Part shown: positions 1 through 13,314 of the stretch, in pieces
Layout of the letters: every line of letters starts with the position of its first letter
Numbering within the stretch: position 1 is the stretch's first letter
Assembly: GCA_012295275.1 (NCBI GenBank)
Contig: CM022676.1
Coordinates: 12,586,001-12,650,000 of the forward strand
Direction of reading: 5' to 3'
From: Chrysomallon squamiferum
Taxonomy: Eukaryota > Animalia > Mollusca
Length of the DNA stretch: 64,000 bases
Translations under genes and position numbers: made by a program
Notes under the pieces: generated by a model
Databases searched by the model: none
What the model was told of the DNA's origin: nothing
The model's input: the letters and a program-made list of their open reading frames with translations, nothing else

Positions 1-1581
1 CCAGCTTGAATCCCAAAAATGATGAGGGAATTTGGACATGTACCGATTCAGCAGCTGATACGATTGCTGGCAAGTTAAATGTTACAATATCAGGTCAGTT
101 TTGTCTTTCATAGTTCCTGTTACCATTTACATAAAATAAATAAAAAGTTAATTTCTTAGTTTGTATTGTGTATGCAGTAGTTTAATTATACTGAACACTT
201 CCATTCCCAGGTAGATCCTTGTCTAAATGTAAAAAATCATGTGCAGTAGAAATAATGTCTCTTTAAAGAGTTGAATGAGTTGTCTGCAAAATATCTTTAT
301 ATCAGTTACGTCCAGCCATTAATAAGAAAGTATTAAAAAATAATAATGTTGTTACAAAACATTTGAATGCTGCCATTCTATCCCTTTACAAATTGTGTTT
401 TTTTTTCTTCTTTTTTTATATGATGCTTGTAATTTCCATAGCTCTCCATTTTTATGTTTTGTATGGTTTAAAGATAAGTACTATATACAGATATATAATT
501 AATTATATGAAAACCACTGTACAGTAGTACCTCCCTATAACACCCCCACCCCTGGATGAGCACACGCCTACTGAACACTGACTCAGACAGCATTTTCTGA
601 AATTATTATTCCACTGCTGAAGTGGACAGATATTGATTTGGATTTGTTTTCTCGAAAATAAATAATTTTATTGTTGTGTGGCAGCTTTCTGAAATATTTT
701 TAACGATGATATCACATGTTTCATGTACTGCTGACAGTACTGTTTTTGTCGTGTCAACTAGACCCCACAAAATGCAGTCACCTTGAGCTGAACCATTAAA
801 CTGTGCGAGTTCAAGCTATTTCGCACACAGTTTGATAATTCAGACATTCAACATGATTCCAGGCATATTTATGTTTTGTAAACTCCACGTTTTAGCAGAC
901 CTCTGAAGTCTGAAAGATGGTTTATTTGGTTTTCAAGTGCAGTATTTTGTAAAACATAAATATACCTTCTTTTTTTATGAGATTTAGGACCTGCAAAACA
1001 TTTACTATTTTTGCATCCTTCAATAAACTAGATATGTCTGCAATTGCATTTTAGGATAAAGCTTCGAAGCTTGCTGTAGTAGATCCTGACCACAATAATT
1101 TACGTTTGATTTGCGTTCTAGTGCGAGGGATGTGATTAAAGATTGTAAATTTATACTGTGATTTTGACAATATTTATTTATAAGTGCTCAGTTATGTAAA
1201 TTATATGTTAATTTCCACTGCAGTATAAATATTCATACACTTATTAAAAACGAATAAGCATTTTCCACATGCCTATAAGACTGAAAAGAATATTTTATTG
1301 AAGAGAAATTTCTGTTTATGTTTGAGTCATAAGTTGTATATAAATTAATAACTTTATGAATTCATATAATTAATGTCATACTATGAAAGAATTTGTGTTT
1401 TTGTAAAATTATTATTTCAATAAATTAAAGATTATTATAGTTCTCTACATTTTCTATATTTTAGAAGAAATAAGTGGAAGTGATTCGTTATCTTCTGATA
1501 TGTTTCATCTTATATTCATGTAAGGAATCTTCTAATTGAGATTTTGTTTCTATTTTGTCTACTCTTGAATTTGTGTTCAGG

Positions 1582-1664
<83 letters not shown>

Positions 1665-1795
1665 CTGGCTAAGTATGTTTGTAGCAGTTATTTGTCTGTT
1701 ATTATTTGTACTTCTGTTTCATTTCATGCTCTTTTATCTTTATTTTTTATTTTTTCAGGTTTATCAACACTTTAGTGATCACTGATTTGCTGTAG
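1..1795 (+). CDS. Gene A copy 0 (5'-truncated by the window): single V-like Ig domain protein with hydrophobic, GPI-type C-terminus
   Basis: Exons: <1-93 (..SLNPKNDEGIWTCTDSAADTIAGKLNVTIS, donor g|gtcag), 1465-1519 (ag|..|gtaagg) and 1759-1795 (stop TAG). Spliced tail reads EEISGSDSLSSDMFHLIFMFINTLVITDLL*. Phases are compatible and exon sizes (55, 37 nt) match paralog B. Confidence 0.75.
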
Positions 1796-2676
1796 ATCTA
1801 CACACACCTCACAGACAGATAAACACAAAGACATCAGAAGTATCAAACACTGAAACAAACTAAATTATACATATTTTTTTTCTGTTGTGGGCTTTGTATT
1901 CATTATTATTATTATTATTATTTTATTTTTTTAAATATTCCTTAGATTACCTTAATTATATATTGTGTGAAATTGTCAGAATAACTGCAGTCAATGTATT
2001 ATATATTTCTTTATATATATTATTTCTAATTGAGGTTATTGTGTCTGGTAGATGTTTTACCGTGGTTATAGAATATGATTACAAAATACTAAAAGAGTGG
2101 ATTGTGTTTGAAAGTGGAATGTAAAACTGTTGTATATTTTTTATTATTTTATTTCTCAGCAGTGATAAAATATTTGTTATCTAGAGAATACCATGAATTA
2201 TTGTTACTTGTATAATCATTATAGTGGGGTTTTTTTGTTTATAAATAATTTAGCAAATAATGTGCGTCTTTGTAAAATTCTGGTTAGAATAAGGAAAGTT
2301 TCGAAGCAGTAATATTAACATTAGAATTACCGAAAGGAATTGTCTGATTTGCGATATGTTTCGAGTAAACTTGACTGCATCACAGAAATAAAAACTTGTA
2401 CATTTAGAAGCTAGAATTATGTTTCTTCTTTGAACACATTAAATGTTAATTAAATCATACATTAAGAGAGATGGGTGTAAATTTCAGGGCCATTTTAAGT
2501 CTATGTGCACTGGGTAAGTGTATTAAACTTTGTAAAATATTCAAATAAATTACTAAGAATGAAAAAGATAGCTATGAATCTAATAAACCAGAAATAAGTG
2601 TCTGCTTCAGAAGATGGATCTTTCTAAGGCAAGAAAATAATAAAATGTAAATGTGTATGTATGTATATATATTTTA

Positions 2677-2720
<44 letters not shown>

Positions 2721-4690
2721 TGAATCAGAGTGTAGGAAAATGGGTGCCATACATTTGAGTCTTCTCGGCAGCAGGGATGCAGTTTGTGAGATCATGATTG
2801 TATTGCATCCTCCTGTGCTAACACATTCACGAATATTGTCTACATATATATATATATTCAAAGATACATATCTATATAAAAACATACACAGACAAAAGAT
2901 ACATGGTATTACCTAATTATATACTTCTGTACATAACCATGCATAAAAGAACAAAAAGAAGACAGTTTATGAGATTACTGGCATTATTATAAGATAAACA
3001 TGGAAGAAGATACAGAATCACTTCTGCTTATTTCTTCTAAAATATACAAAAATGAAGAAAATCAGTAACCAGTTATATCCATTATATAAGGGTTTTTTTA
3101 AATATTTTATTGTTGCTTGTTTTTTACTACAATAAATTAAAACAGTAATAATAGTGTTTTTGATGAAGATGATGCTCATGATAATTCTCACATTTAAAAC
3201 AAATGAACCATCAAAAAATGTCCAGTGAATATTATGCTGGTGCTAAATAAAAATGGATCACATTAGACACAGCTTTCTGTGAATCTGACCCACCTTATTC
3301 CTATAGTAACTGTGTTGTATTTAACTCAGTTGTATTCCTTGCTTTCAAATGAAACCAAATAGCCACCTTTATTTTTTTCTGCTGCAGTACTGTTAAGCAA
3401 ACATACAAACAGTTGTATTTAACCTCAGGCTTTTCTGTTCATTGGTTCACTAAATATCATTATAATAATACGTCGTAGACGACGATGTGAGTGAAACGTT
3501 CCGTTCACTTCATTAAAGAAACAAAGCACAAATGTCAAAAATAATAGCTTTATTTGTTTTATTATTATTATTTCTTTTAAATATGAAATGAACTAATTAA
3601 TGAAACAATAATAGAGAAAAGGTATTTTCTTGAAAACGTTTCTAAAACAGAAGAGAAGAGAAGATAGCAGGCAATTGGGAACATTGTTTTTTCTTCATGA
3701 CGGTGAAAATCAAGTTGTCTGCAATTTGTAAGAATCTATCTGTGAACTTTTTATTTTTATTTTTATTTTTTTTATATATCATACTTCACAGACATGTAGA
3801 CAGATACGTATATTTTAACTTTATTATATTTGATAAAACGTTGTTTTTTGGGGAAATTATTTTTTTATATATGGAAAATGAACTTCACATTTACGATTCA
3901 GATTTTCAAAAGCAGATTGTGTGCTCTTCAGTTGATAGCATTAATAAGATTATAAAACAAGACTGCAGACGACATGGACTATATTTTCTTTCTTAACATC
4001 CTGCAGACACATTTCATGACGTCATCACTTACATTACGTAAAATATATACATTTTTTGTCTTTTCTTGTTTCTTTCTTTACATTCACATGCAAAATCTTA
4101 TACACTCACTTTTATATATCATAGCAAATATAATCAGTTAAAAATCGTTCAAAGGGAATAACTATAAAGAAGACATGTAACACAATAGCTGAAATTTGAA
4201 ACACATACATCGATCAGACAGATTAAAACATTTCACACTTTACAAAAACATTTGTATAATTTTATAACGTTGTGGACATTTCAAAATCCACAAAAGTTTA
4301 ATAACATTTTCAAAAAGGAAATATAACACTAAGCAAATTGAAATTCAACAAGTTATTGCGTAAATAATAATAATAATTAAACTCTATTATATATGTAAAT
4401 AAATAAATAAATAAATACTAGTAAGTGAATAAGTAAGTAAGTAATAATAATAATAATAATAACTGATGATGATGGTGATGATATCGTCTGCAATAGTTCC
4501 CGTCAAAGAAAAGAAGTTGTATATGAAACTGGAAACTAGGAAGTATATTTGTGTTGATAAAAAGCCCGAAACAAATGTAATCAATGCTTCAAGGGGGATA
4601 ATTCTGTTCTGACACTGATACAAATACAATTATAAGACCGTCAGACATACTAGAAAAGTAAACAGTGAAACTCGTTAAAAAAACACGCAC

Positions 4691-4731
<41 letters not shown>

Positions 4732-4841
4732 GCATGAGTAGTACAAAATAAAGACAGAAACAAGACTACAGTTTAGTTTGATGTCAGTGTTTGATACATC
4801 TCATATCTCCGTGTTTGTCTACCTGTCACGATTATGTAGAT

Positions 4842-4881
4842 CTAGAGCCAACCAGTGATGACAAAAATGTTGATAACCCTG

Positions 4882-4914
<33 letters not shown>

Positions 4915-6044
4915 AATAAAAAAAAGGGCCTGAACTGAAACAAATAACAAGAAAATTATCCAAAGGAAAACATTTACAAAGACATAAACAGAAAATACGC
5001 AAAAACACGCAGACACGCTTACACAAAAACACAGATATATAGATACAGAGATAAATAGCTCAGTAGACAGAAACATATATAGATACGTACATACATGTAC
5101 AAAGTGCAAGTTTATAAACATATGTATGTTTGTGCGTGATTTATGTCTCTGTAGGTGTGAGTTAATTGTGCGTAGATAGATAGACAGAAGTGTAGATAAA
5201 ATGAATACTAAACTGAACAGTAAAAGAACTAATGAAATAAAAATAAAGGGCACGAACAGAACGCTAAAATATATAATGAGAGAAAGCAGCGGAGATCTCT
5301 AGCTGGAACCACATAAACTGAGAGACACACAGTCACGCACAGGAACACAGATACGTTGATAGATACAAAGACACACGTACACACAAATAGCAGTACAATG
5401 ATCAATAGGTGAAAAGAAAGACAGATGATTCGATGGATGGATGGATGGAAGGATGGACAGGCATACGTAAATTTAGACCATGCTACACTGAAAAATAAAA
5501 CAAGTAACAAAAAGAAAGCAGTTACAAGATTACTTACGTGATTACTATGTAAACCGCGAAAGAAGACAGAGATTCACTTGCGGACGTCATAGCTGAAACA
5601 GACGTACTATAAATGTTTTAACCAGTTAGGCACAAAATTTTAAAACTGTCATATATACCATAATAAATTAAATTCACAAGTAATAATAATGATAATGATG
5701 ATGATGATGATGATGATATAAACGATGCTTATGATGGTGTTTGTGATGACGATGATCATCACGATTATGATAATAGTAATTCTTACATTTGAAATATAGA
5801 TAAGGACTGGGTTCAGGAAAAAGCGGTGCAGCAAGAGAAATGTGAGTAATTTTGAGTTTGAGCCTCAGCGTATATCCAATAAATTTTTGAGTAGTGTAAT
5901 ACAATGAGCAGGTGGTCTCTACCTCCCCGGCGGACACGGTTTTGTGTTAGTACTAAACCTGATTAGCTGTTTAGGCACAGGTTTATCTTCCTTGTCCTTC
6001 GGCTACAAAGAAGAAATAATTTCTGGTTAAATTAAATTAATTAA

Positions 6045-6084
<40 letters not shown>

Positions 6085-8523
6085 AATAATAATGATGATG
6101 ATGATGATGATGATGATGATACTACTACTATTACTACTACTACTACTACTACTACAACAATACTACTAATAATAATAATATTAAACGAGTAAACGTTAGA
6201 AACATTTGAATAAGAAAATGTAATCTCATTAGCATTAGTAATAAAAAAATCTTTAATTTATTGGTAAAATTTATTATGTTGTTAAATATAGACATAAAAA
6301 TCTTAAATTTATAAACAGCGTGTTCTAAAAAAAAAAATGAAACTGTAGAGCCTTCTACAAAGAAATGTTTAAATCTGATTCAGTTGTTTTCTCTCGCACA
6401 AATAAAAGCTAAAACAAAAACTTCTCAAACAAAACTTTTTTATTTTTATCTATTTATTTATGTATTTGTTATGTTTCTTTACTTAACCTAAAGTGAAACT
6501 CAGAATCAGTTTTACAGTATCACTGTTTTACTAATAAAAGTATTCTCTACGATTATTTCATATTATACAATCAGTTCACATAGACGCTAACTTCATATGT
6601 CCAAAAGCATTCTGCCTCTTTATATGTACACCTTCCTATCACAGACACGTTTATGTGTGGTTTATTGCTGAGCAATGGCAGGCCATTGAAAGCTACGGAA
6701 AACACATCTGAAAAGCAAGAATTCACGTAACGAGTTTAGCAAAGGCTGATTTAAATATCGTAAATGTTATATTAAACAAATATAAATACCATTTTAGTAT
6801 AAAGATAAACTATTCGAAAAATGAAAAAAGAACAATTAAAGTGGATTTCATCTGACTGGACATATCCGTACGTTTACTTTATTATGACGTATTACATATA
6901 TAATTAATAAGAAAACATCTGTATTCTATGGAAAATGCGAAAGATTCTGTGATAATCTTATGAATTAATTATATGTCTATAAATGTCATAAAACATAAAC
7001 TAAATAAAAGATAAACGTGTCCCACTTTCTTCCAAGCTGACCTACAAGAGAAATACAGTGATATGCTAGTCTGTGTGTGTTTGTGTATAATGTCACGTGT
7101 GTGGGTGTGTCTGTATGTTCGTGTGTATGTAAACTGACCTGATGATTCAATCTTTAGTGTGCCTAGAACTGAATCAGGTTCGGAATCACCACATTTCCAA
7201 GTGCCTTCGTCGTTGTCCCGACTGAAGCTGTCAATAGAGAGTGTGTACGAATTCGAAGATGCCGCAGTAACTGAATAGCCAGACAGTAGTTGTAAGCACT
7301 TCTTGATGTCAAATGAATCGTCACACTGAGCAACAACTGCTCCTTCAGGGCGGTTGAAACCCAGAGCACCTGTTATTTCACCACTTACTAATTCACAGGT
7401 GATGGTGAAAGGATGTTCTCTGAAAGCTCTTTCGTTAGCTGATGTCAGTTTTGTTTCTAACTTACCTACGAGAATGAAAACAAAAAGTAAATAAATAAAT
7501 AAAAAATAAAATATAACGTTTTATTATTGTTGTTAGATTTACTAAATTATCTGATTACTTGTATCACATGAAATAAGCAACAGTAAACATATATAAACAT
7601 ATCAGAATTACATTTTCTTATCGTTTTTAGATAGTGTGACATAATCGAAACAAATCTATTTATAGATATATACGTAGACAGTACTGATCACGTCTGCTCC
7701 GTTGTTTATCAATAATAAAGGAAGAAGAGCGCGTGCTTTTTGGTTTATATAAATTTCGTTTCCTAATTGTGAAAAAACGATAAGAATATGTAACTTTGAG
7801 TGTCAGCACTTTAAAAACAATCAATGACGAAAGAAGAAGGATGGCGCTTTTTGAACCATGTAAAGTACATATTTTGGGGGTGCAGAGACTGAATTGCTGT
7901 ATTGCTAGAGTAACTGCAACAGTGAACAGTCTGTCGTGCTCTTACGCTTTACCGTGGTACACGAGAGAAACAGCAAGAGTCACGTTACCTTCACATCTGA
8001 CTGTCAAGAAAATCTACTCAAAACAAACAAACAACCCTCACCGTCATAATAATAAAGTTACATAAAAAATAGAAAAATAAAAAAATAATAAAGAAATAAA
8101 GAAAGAAGAAGAAGAAAAAACAAAATATAGAAAAACATACTTAAAGACCTAAACAAAATAACAAAGAAAAAATAAATAATGATAATATTTGCATACTATT
8201 AATAGTCTTAATTGTTACATAGCTATTCATATTTTTGTTATTGTAATAGAAATAAAACATGGTTACCATGTTGATTCATTGTAACACTGTAAGGCAGTAA
8301 CATACACAGCGTGTCATAAAAATAGTGTATTAGTTAGTGTAGGCGCATTTTCTTTACTTATCTACAACGTTATTTTTATTTTGTTTCAACATTCATAGCT
8401 AAGGTAATTAACCGTTATAGTTATCATGTAAAGTGTTTACATAAAAGTTAAAGCCAGTGTGAGATTCAAATCTTAGTTACTTTCACGTCAGGCTTAGTTA
8501 GCTTTACGTTTGTGTGTGTGTGC

Positions 8524-8607
<84 letters not shown>

Positions 8608-8951
8608 TTGTGTGTGTGTGCGCGCGTGTGTGTTATTTTTCAGTTTATAATTATTTAATTTATAAACCTTCCTTGCTGCTAAACTAAATATCACCAGTAG
8701 TCACATAATGATTATGTTCAGTAATGAAACTTAATAATCATTAATATTAAAAAGTATTCTTGTTACATATCATTGATCGTAAGTTCTAGATGTCATAAAA
8801 ATCTATAGCTTTCAGTAATACTAATAGAAATTATAAAGAAAAGTATTTTTCTGCTATATTATCCTGTTGTCAGCAATGTATTACCTTCACTGAATGTAAA
8901 TGAAGACAGACAGACAGCAAGCACGAATATGCATTTCAGTTGAAAATCCAT
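4842..8951 (-). CDS. Gene B copy 1: intact 161-aa signal peptide + V-like Ig domain + GPI-type hydrophobic tail
   Basis: Exons: 8951-8885 (MDFQLKCIFVLAVCLSSFTFSEG, 67 nt), 7465-7139 (Ig, 327 nt), 5592-5538 (55 nt), 4878-4842 (37 nt, TAG). All introns are GT-AG and the total of 486 nt is in frame. C-terminus AMTSASESLSSFAVYIVITVINIFVITGWL*. Confidence 0.85.
7139..7465 (-). CDS. Ig V-like domain exon of gene B1 (phase 1-1)
   Basis: GKLETKLTSANERAFREHPFTITCELVSGEITGALGFNRPEGAVVAQCDDSFDIKKCLQLLSGYSVTAASSNSYTLSIDSFSRDNDEGTWKCGDSEPDSVLGTLKIESS. Shows the B-strand Cys, E-strand YTLSI and F-strand DEGxWxC. Flanked by tcgtag| and |gtcagt. Confidence 0.9.
7989..8047 (-). pseudogene. Decayed leader-like exon in intron 1 of gene B (also at 19641-19699)
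   Basis: ATG ACG GTG AGG GTT GTT TGT TTG TTT TGA ... TTC TTG ACA GTC AGA TGT GAA G|gtaacg. It resembles a signal-peptide exon ending xEG| like the other leaders, but has a stop and is 1 nt out of phase. Confidence 0.4.
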
Positions 8952-8989
8952 TGAAATTAAATCTATATCAAGAACGAAGTACCAAATCT

Positions 8990-9089
8990 GAAAAACAAAA
9001 GAAGAAGAAGAAAAAGGATATTATTTTTATAATAACCAATAAAAATATTTGTTTTGTTTTAACAACAATTATCGTACAATGCATTTGTT

Positions 9090-9159
<70 letters not shown>

Positions 9160-9173
9160 TCAGTTATTGCGCC

Positions 9174-9210
<37 letters not shown>

Positions 9211-9622
9211 AATTTAAAATTCCAGTGTGTCGGTTTCCGAGCGTCCACGAAAATTCCCGATCGAAATTCAAGATGACGTGGTCTGATGCCGGTCAGTGAT
9301 TACAAATATTTAAACATATATTTTTCATAATGCAATCAATTCTCATGGATTACTACACGTAGTTAGTTCAGACATATCATATAAGCAATGCCTTGTAAAA
9401 ACAGACGTCAGGTTATTGAGTACAAATTGTTGCAGAGGTTCAAATTGTTGTGTTTCTTTGTTATTTTATTTGTTATTATTTTTTTTTTTTTCGTTGCTTT
9501 GACGTCATATCACCTCATTTGGTACCCATTTCGTACACCACCGTTCCATTTAAAAAATATAGAAAAGAAAAATGTTTCTTAATTTGAAATTAATTTTTCG
9601 AATTTCTATTTTTCTCTTGCAG
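8990..9622. promoter_or_regulatory. Putative bidirectional promoter region between genes B and A (second copy ~20598-21208)
   Basis: Divergent ATGs at 8951 (-) and 9652 (+). Both leader exons are preceded by splice acceptors, so the first exons should lie here. Contains a kB-like GGGAATTTTC (minus strand, 9249-9258), TGACGT at 9274 and a full CRE TGACGTCA at 9500-9507. Confidence 0.5.
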
Positions 9623-10699
9623 AAGTGATATTTATTGCCTAACAGAATTAAATGGGTGTACAGATAAACTGCGTTTTCATCCTTTCTGTGTTTGTCATTT
9701 TGCTGACAACTTCTGAAGGTAATGTAATTACTGGCATTAAACATTTCTAAACCTTATTGAAAATAAAATTAATTTCATAACAAAATGTATGAGTGATAGT
9801 TAATTATTATTAAAGTAATAAAATACAATCATTTGCAGACTAGGACTATTTAAGATATATAAAGCATGAGTACAATTTTTAAACAACATCAAGTGTTTTA
9901 TAAAGGAAATAATGACATTTGGCTAAAATATGTCACTTGGAAATCTGCACTCAAATATTCTAGAGTTATACTCAGAAAATTCTATACTGGGTCAGAGCCA
10001 AATCTCTCTCTAATTGAGTATATGTACTAAAAGTGGCTCAGGATTGAATATTCAAACAGCAGAAAAATCATCTAAAACATGACAACTTACAGCTTCCTTC
10101 CTCTTTGAAATTATCGAAAAACGGCAGCTTGCATATTCTAGAGGATGTGATTGTTGTACCAATACTATTTTTGAATACAGACTATAGCAATAGGTGGAAC
10201 TTGTAAACTATGCACAAAAAGATGTTTATACTATTACTTTCCCATTATATTTACTTTATTTATTTATTTATTTTTATTTATTTGTTAATATTATTATTAA
10301 TATTAATCAATATTTATCTCCCACAAAAACAAACACACCATGCCACAACTAACTTAACAGATCTGTACGTATATAAAGTATGGTATATTAAATGTACAAG
10401 ACAAATTCTGAGATCATATAACGAAAACTGTTAATTTGTATTATTTTTTTTTTCTTTAATAGTATTTCCTTTCTTTCAGTGTCTTCATCTTTGGAGACAG
10501 TATTATTGTTATGTTTTTATTAACGTTGTTTATTTATTTATTTATTTATTTATTTATTTTATTGATTTCTGAGATCTCATCTTTTCACAACCCGTGCGCG
10601 TAAACCGTTCGGGGTTCTGCGAAAACTCCAGCTAATTACCTTGTTACCCTTCCTTTTTATTTCTACTGTGAAAGGGTATAAAAATGAGTGAAAAAGTGG

Positions 10700-11123
10700 G
10701 ATCAAATAAGAAACCAAAAACATATCACTTGTATTGGGAATGGGAGCAGGAGTTTTTTCCACAATGTTAAATTCGAAATAAGTTTGTTTGGTGTGTCAAT
10801 TTAAGATCTTTTGGACTGTTCGGAAAGAAAGTACAACACTAACTACTCTCCGAAAAGTGAGCTAAGGAAGATAAATAGGAAGATACAAAAATTATAGCTG
10901 TCTGGACAACAGTCATTTTTCTCACACCTGACTTCAAAATCGAACACAGCCACCGAAGAATCCTTCAGCGTGATTCATTCCATCATCGACCACAGCAAGC
11001 CTTACAGGATAGAGAGATGATAAGAAAGGCATTTGTTGAAGTAGCTGACTCATTGTTTCAGGAGAAAACGGAAATATTATTTTCAAGCATAGCTCTCGAA
11101 CTATCAAGAAGCACAGTTAAATG
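10700..11123 (+). mobile_element. Decayed hAT (Charlie/SPIN/GTF2IRD2-like) transposase fragment in the gene A intron
   Basis: Interrupted frames read WEWEQEFFSTMLNSK*VCLVCQ, LSGQQSFFSHLTSKSNTATEESFSVIHSIIDHSKP and MIRKAFVEVADSLFQEKTEILFSSIALELSRSTV, typical of the N-terminal region of Charlie-group hAT transposases. Confidence 0.65.
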
Positions 11124-11388
11124 ATAAATACATGCAGACACAGTCTTTTTGATTTCATTTATTAAAATCTAGCTCCAATTCACAAAATTGCAAAAGACAT
11201 TCAAAGTCTATTGGATTTGTTAAACATTTGCTTTCACATTTGATTGGCATGGTCACCAAGGAAACCTTTCTAAACTTAAACAAAACACGTAAGTGGATAC
11301 AGCTACAGCATTCGTGGTTTCAGTGTTACACAAAGAATTTCCATAACAACAACAAAAACAAATTTTAGTTGTTTTTTATTTTACACAG

Positions 11389-11707
11389 GTGTAACACAAA
11401 TGAAACTTACAGCGGGAAAAGCTTTCAATAAACGTCCTTTCAGCCTCACTTGTGAAGTAATAAATGGCTCAGTAAGTGGTGCTCTAGAGATCACCCGTCC
11501 CGTAGGGGATCGTTGTCCAGTGTGATAACTCATTTGATATCAGCAACTGTGATACCCAGATCCCGGGATATTCTGTTATTGCATCCACCAGTAACACATA
11601 CACACTAAATGTTGCCAGCTTGAATCCCAAAAATGATGAGGGAATTTGGACATGTACCGATTCAGCAGCTGATACGATTGCTGGCAAGTTAAATGTTACA
11701 ATATCAG
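11389..11707 (+). CDS. Ig V-like domain exon of gene A1 (one frameshift)
   Basis: GVTQMKLTAGKAFNKRPFSLTCEVINGSVSGALEITRPVG/IVVQCDNSFDISNCDTQIPGYSVIASTSNTYTLNVASLNPKNDEGIWTCTDSAADTIAGKLNVTIS. About 50 of ~109 positions are identical to the B domain by manual alignment. Confidence 0.85.
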
Positions 11708-13219
11708 GTCAGTTTTGTCTTTCATAGTTCCTGTTACCATTTACATAAAATAAATAAAAAGTTAATTTCTTAGTTTGTGTGGATGGTCACAGCATTTGTA
11801 TTGTGTATGCAGTAGTTTAATTATACTGAACACTTCCATTCCCAGGTAGATCCTTGTCTAAATGTTAAAAATCATGTGCAGTAGAAATAATGTCTCTTTA
11901 AAGAGTTGAATGAGTTGTCTGCAAAATATCTTTATATCAGTTACGTCCAGCCATTAATAAGAAAGTATTAAAAAATAATAATGTTGTTACAAAACATTTG
12001 AATGCTGCCATTCTATCCCTTTACAAATTGTGTTTTTTTTTTTCTTCTTTTTTTATATGATGCTTGTAATTTCCATAGCTCTCCATTTTTATGTTTTGTA
12101 TGGTTTAAAGATAAGTACTGTATACAGATATATAATTAATTATATGAAAACCACTGTACAGTAGTACCTCCCTATAACACCCCCGCCCCCTGGATGAGCA
12201 CGCGCCTACTGAACACTGACTCAGACAGCATTTTCTGAAATTATTATTCCACTGCTGAAGTGGACAGATATTGATTTGGATTTGTTTTCTCGAAAATAAA
12301 TAATTTTATTGTTGTGTGGCAGCTTTCTGAAATATTTTTAACGATGATATCACATGTTTCATGTACTGCTGACAGTACTGTTTTTGTCGTGTCAACTAGA
12401 CCCCACAAAATGCAGTCACCTTGAGCTGAACCATTAAACTGTGCGAGTTCAAGCTATTTCGCACACAGTTTGATAATTCAGACATTCAACATGATTCCAG
12501 GCATATTTATGTTTTGTAAACTCCACGTTTTAGCAGACCTCTGAAGTCTGAAAGATGGTTTATTTGGTTTTCAAGTGCAGTATTTTGTAAAACATAAATA
12601 TACCTTCTTTTTTTATGAGATTTAGGACCTGCAAAACATTTACTATTTTTGCATCCTTCAATAAACTAGATATGTCTGCAATTGCATTTTAGGATAAAGC
12701 TTCGAAGCTTGCTGTAGTAGATCCTGACCACAATAATTTACGTTTGATTTGCGTTCTAGTGCGAGGGGTGTGATTAAAGATTGTAAATTTATACTGTGAT
12801 TTTGACAATATTTATTTATAAGTGCTCAGTTATGTAAATCATATTGTTAATTTCCACTGCAGTATAAATATTCATACACTTAATAAAAACGAATAAGCAT
12901 TTTCCACATGCCTATAAGACTGAAAAGAATATTTTATTGAAGAGAAATTTCTGTTTATGTTTGAGTCATAAGTTGTATATAAATTAATAACTTTATGAAT
13001 TCATATAATTAATGTCATACTATGAAAGAATTTGTGTTTTTGTAAAATTATTATTTCAATAAATTAAAGATTATTATAGTTCTCTACATTTTCTATATTT
13101 TAGAAGAAATAAGTGGAAGTGATTCGTTATCTTCTGATATGTTTCATCTTATATTCATGTAAGGAATCTTCTAATTGAGATTTTTTTCTATTTTATCTAC
13201 TCTTGAATTTGTGTTCAGG

Positions 13220-13314
<95 letters not shown>

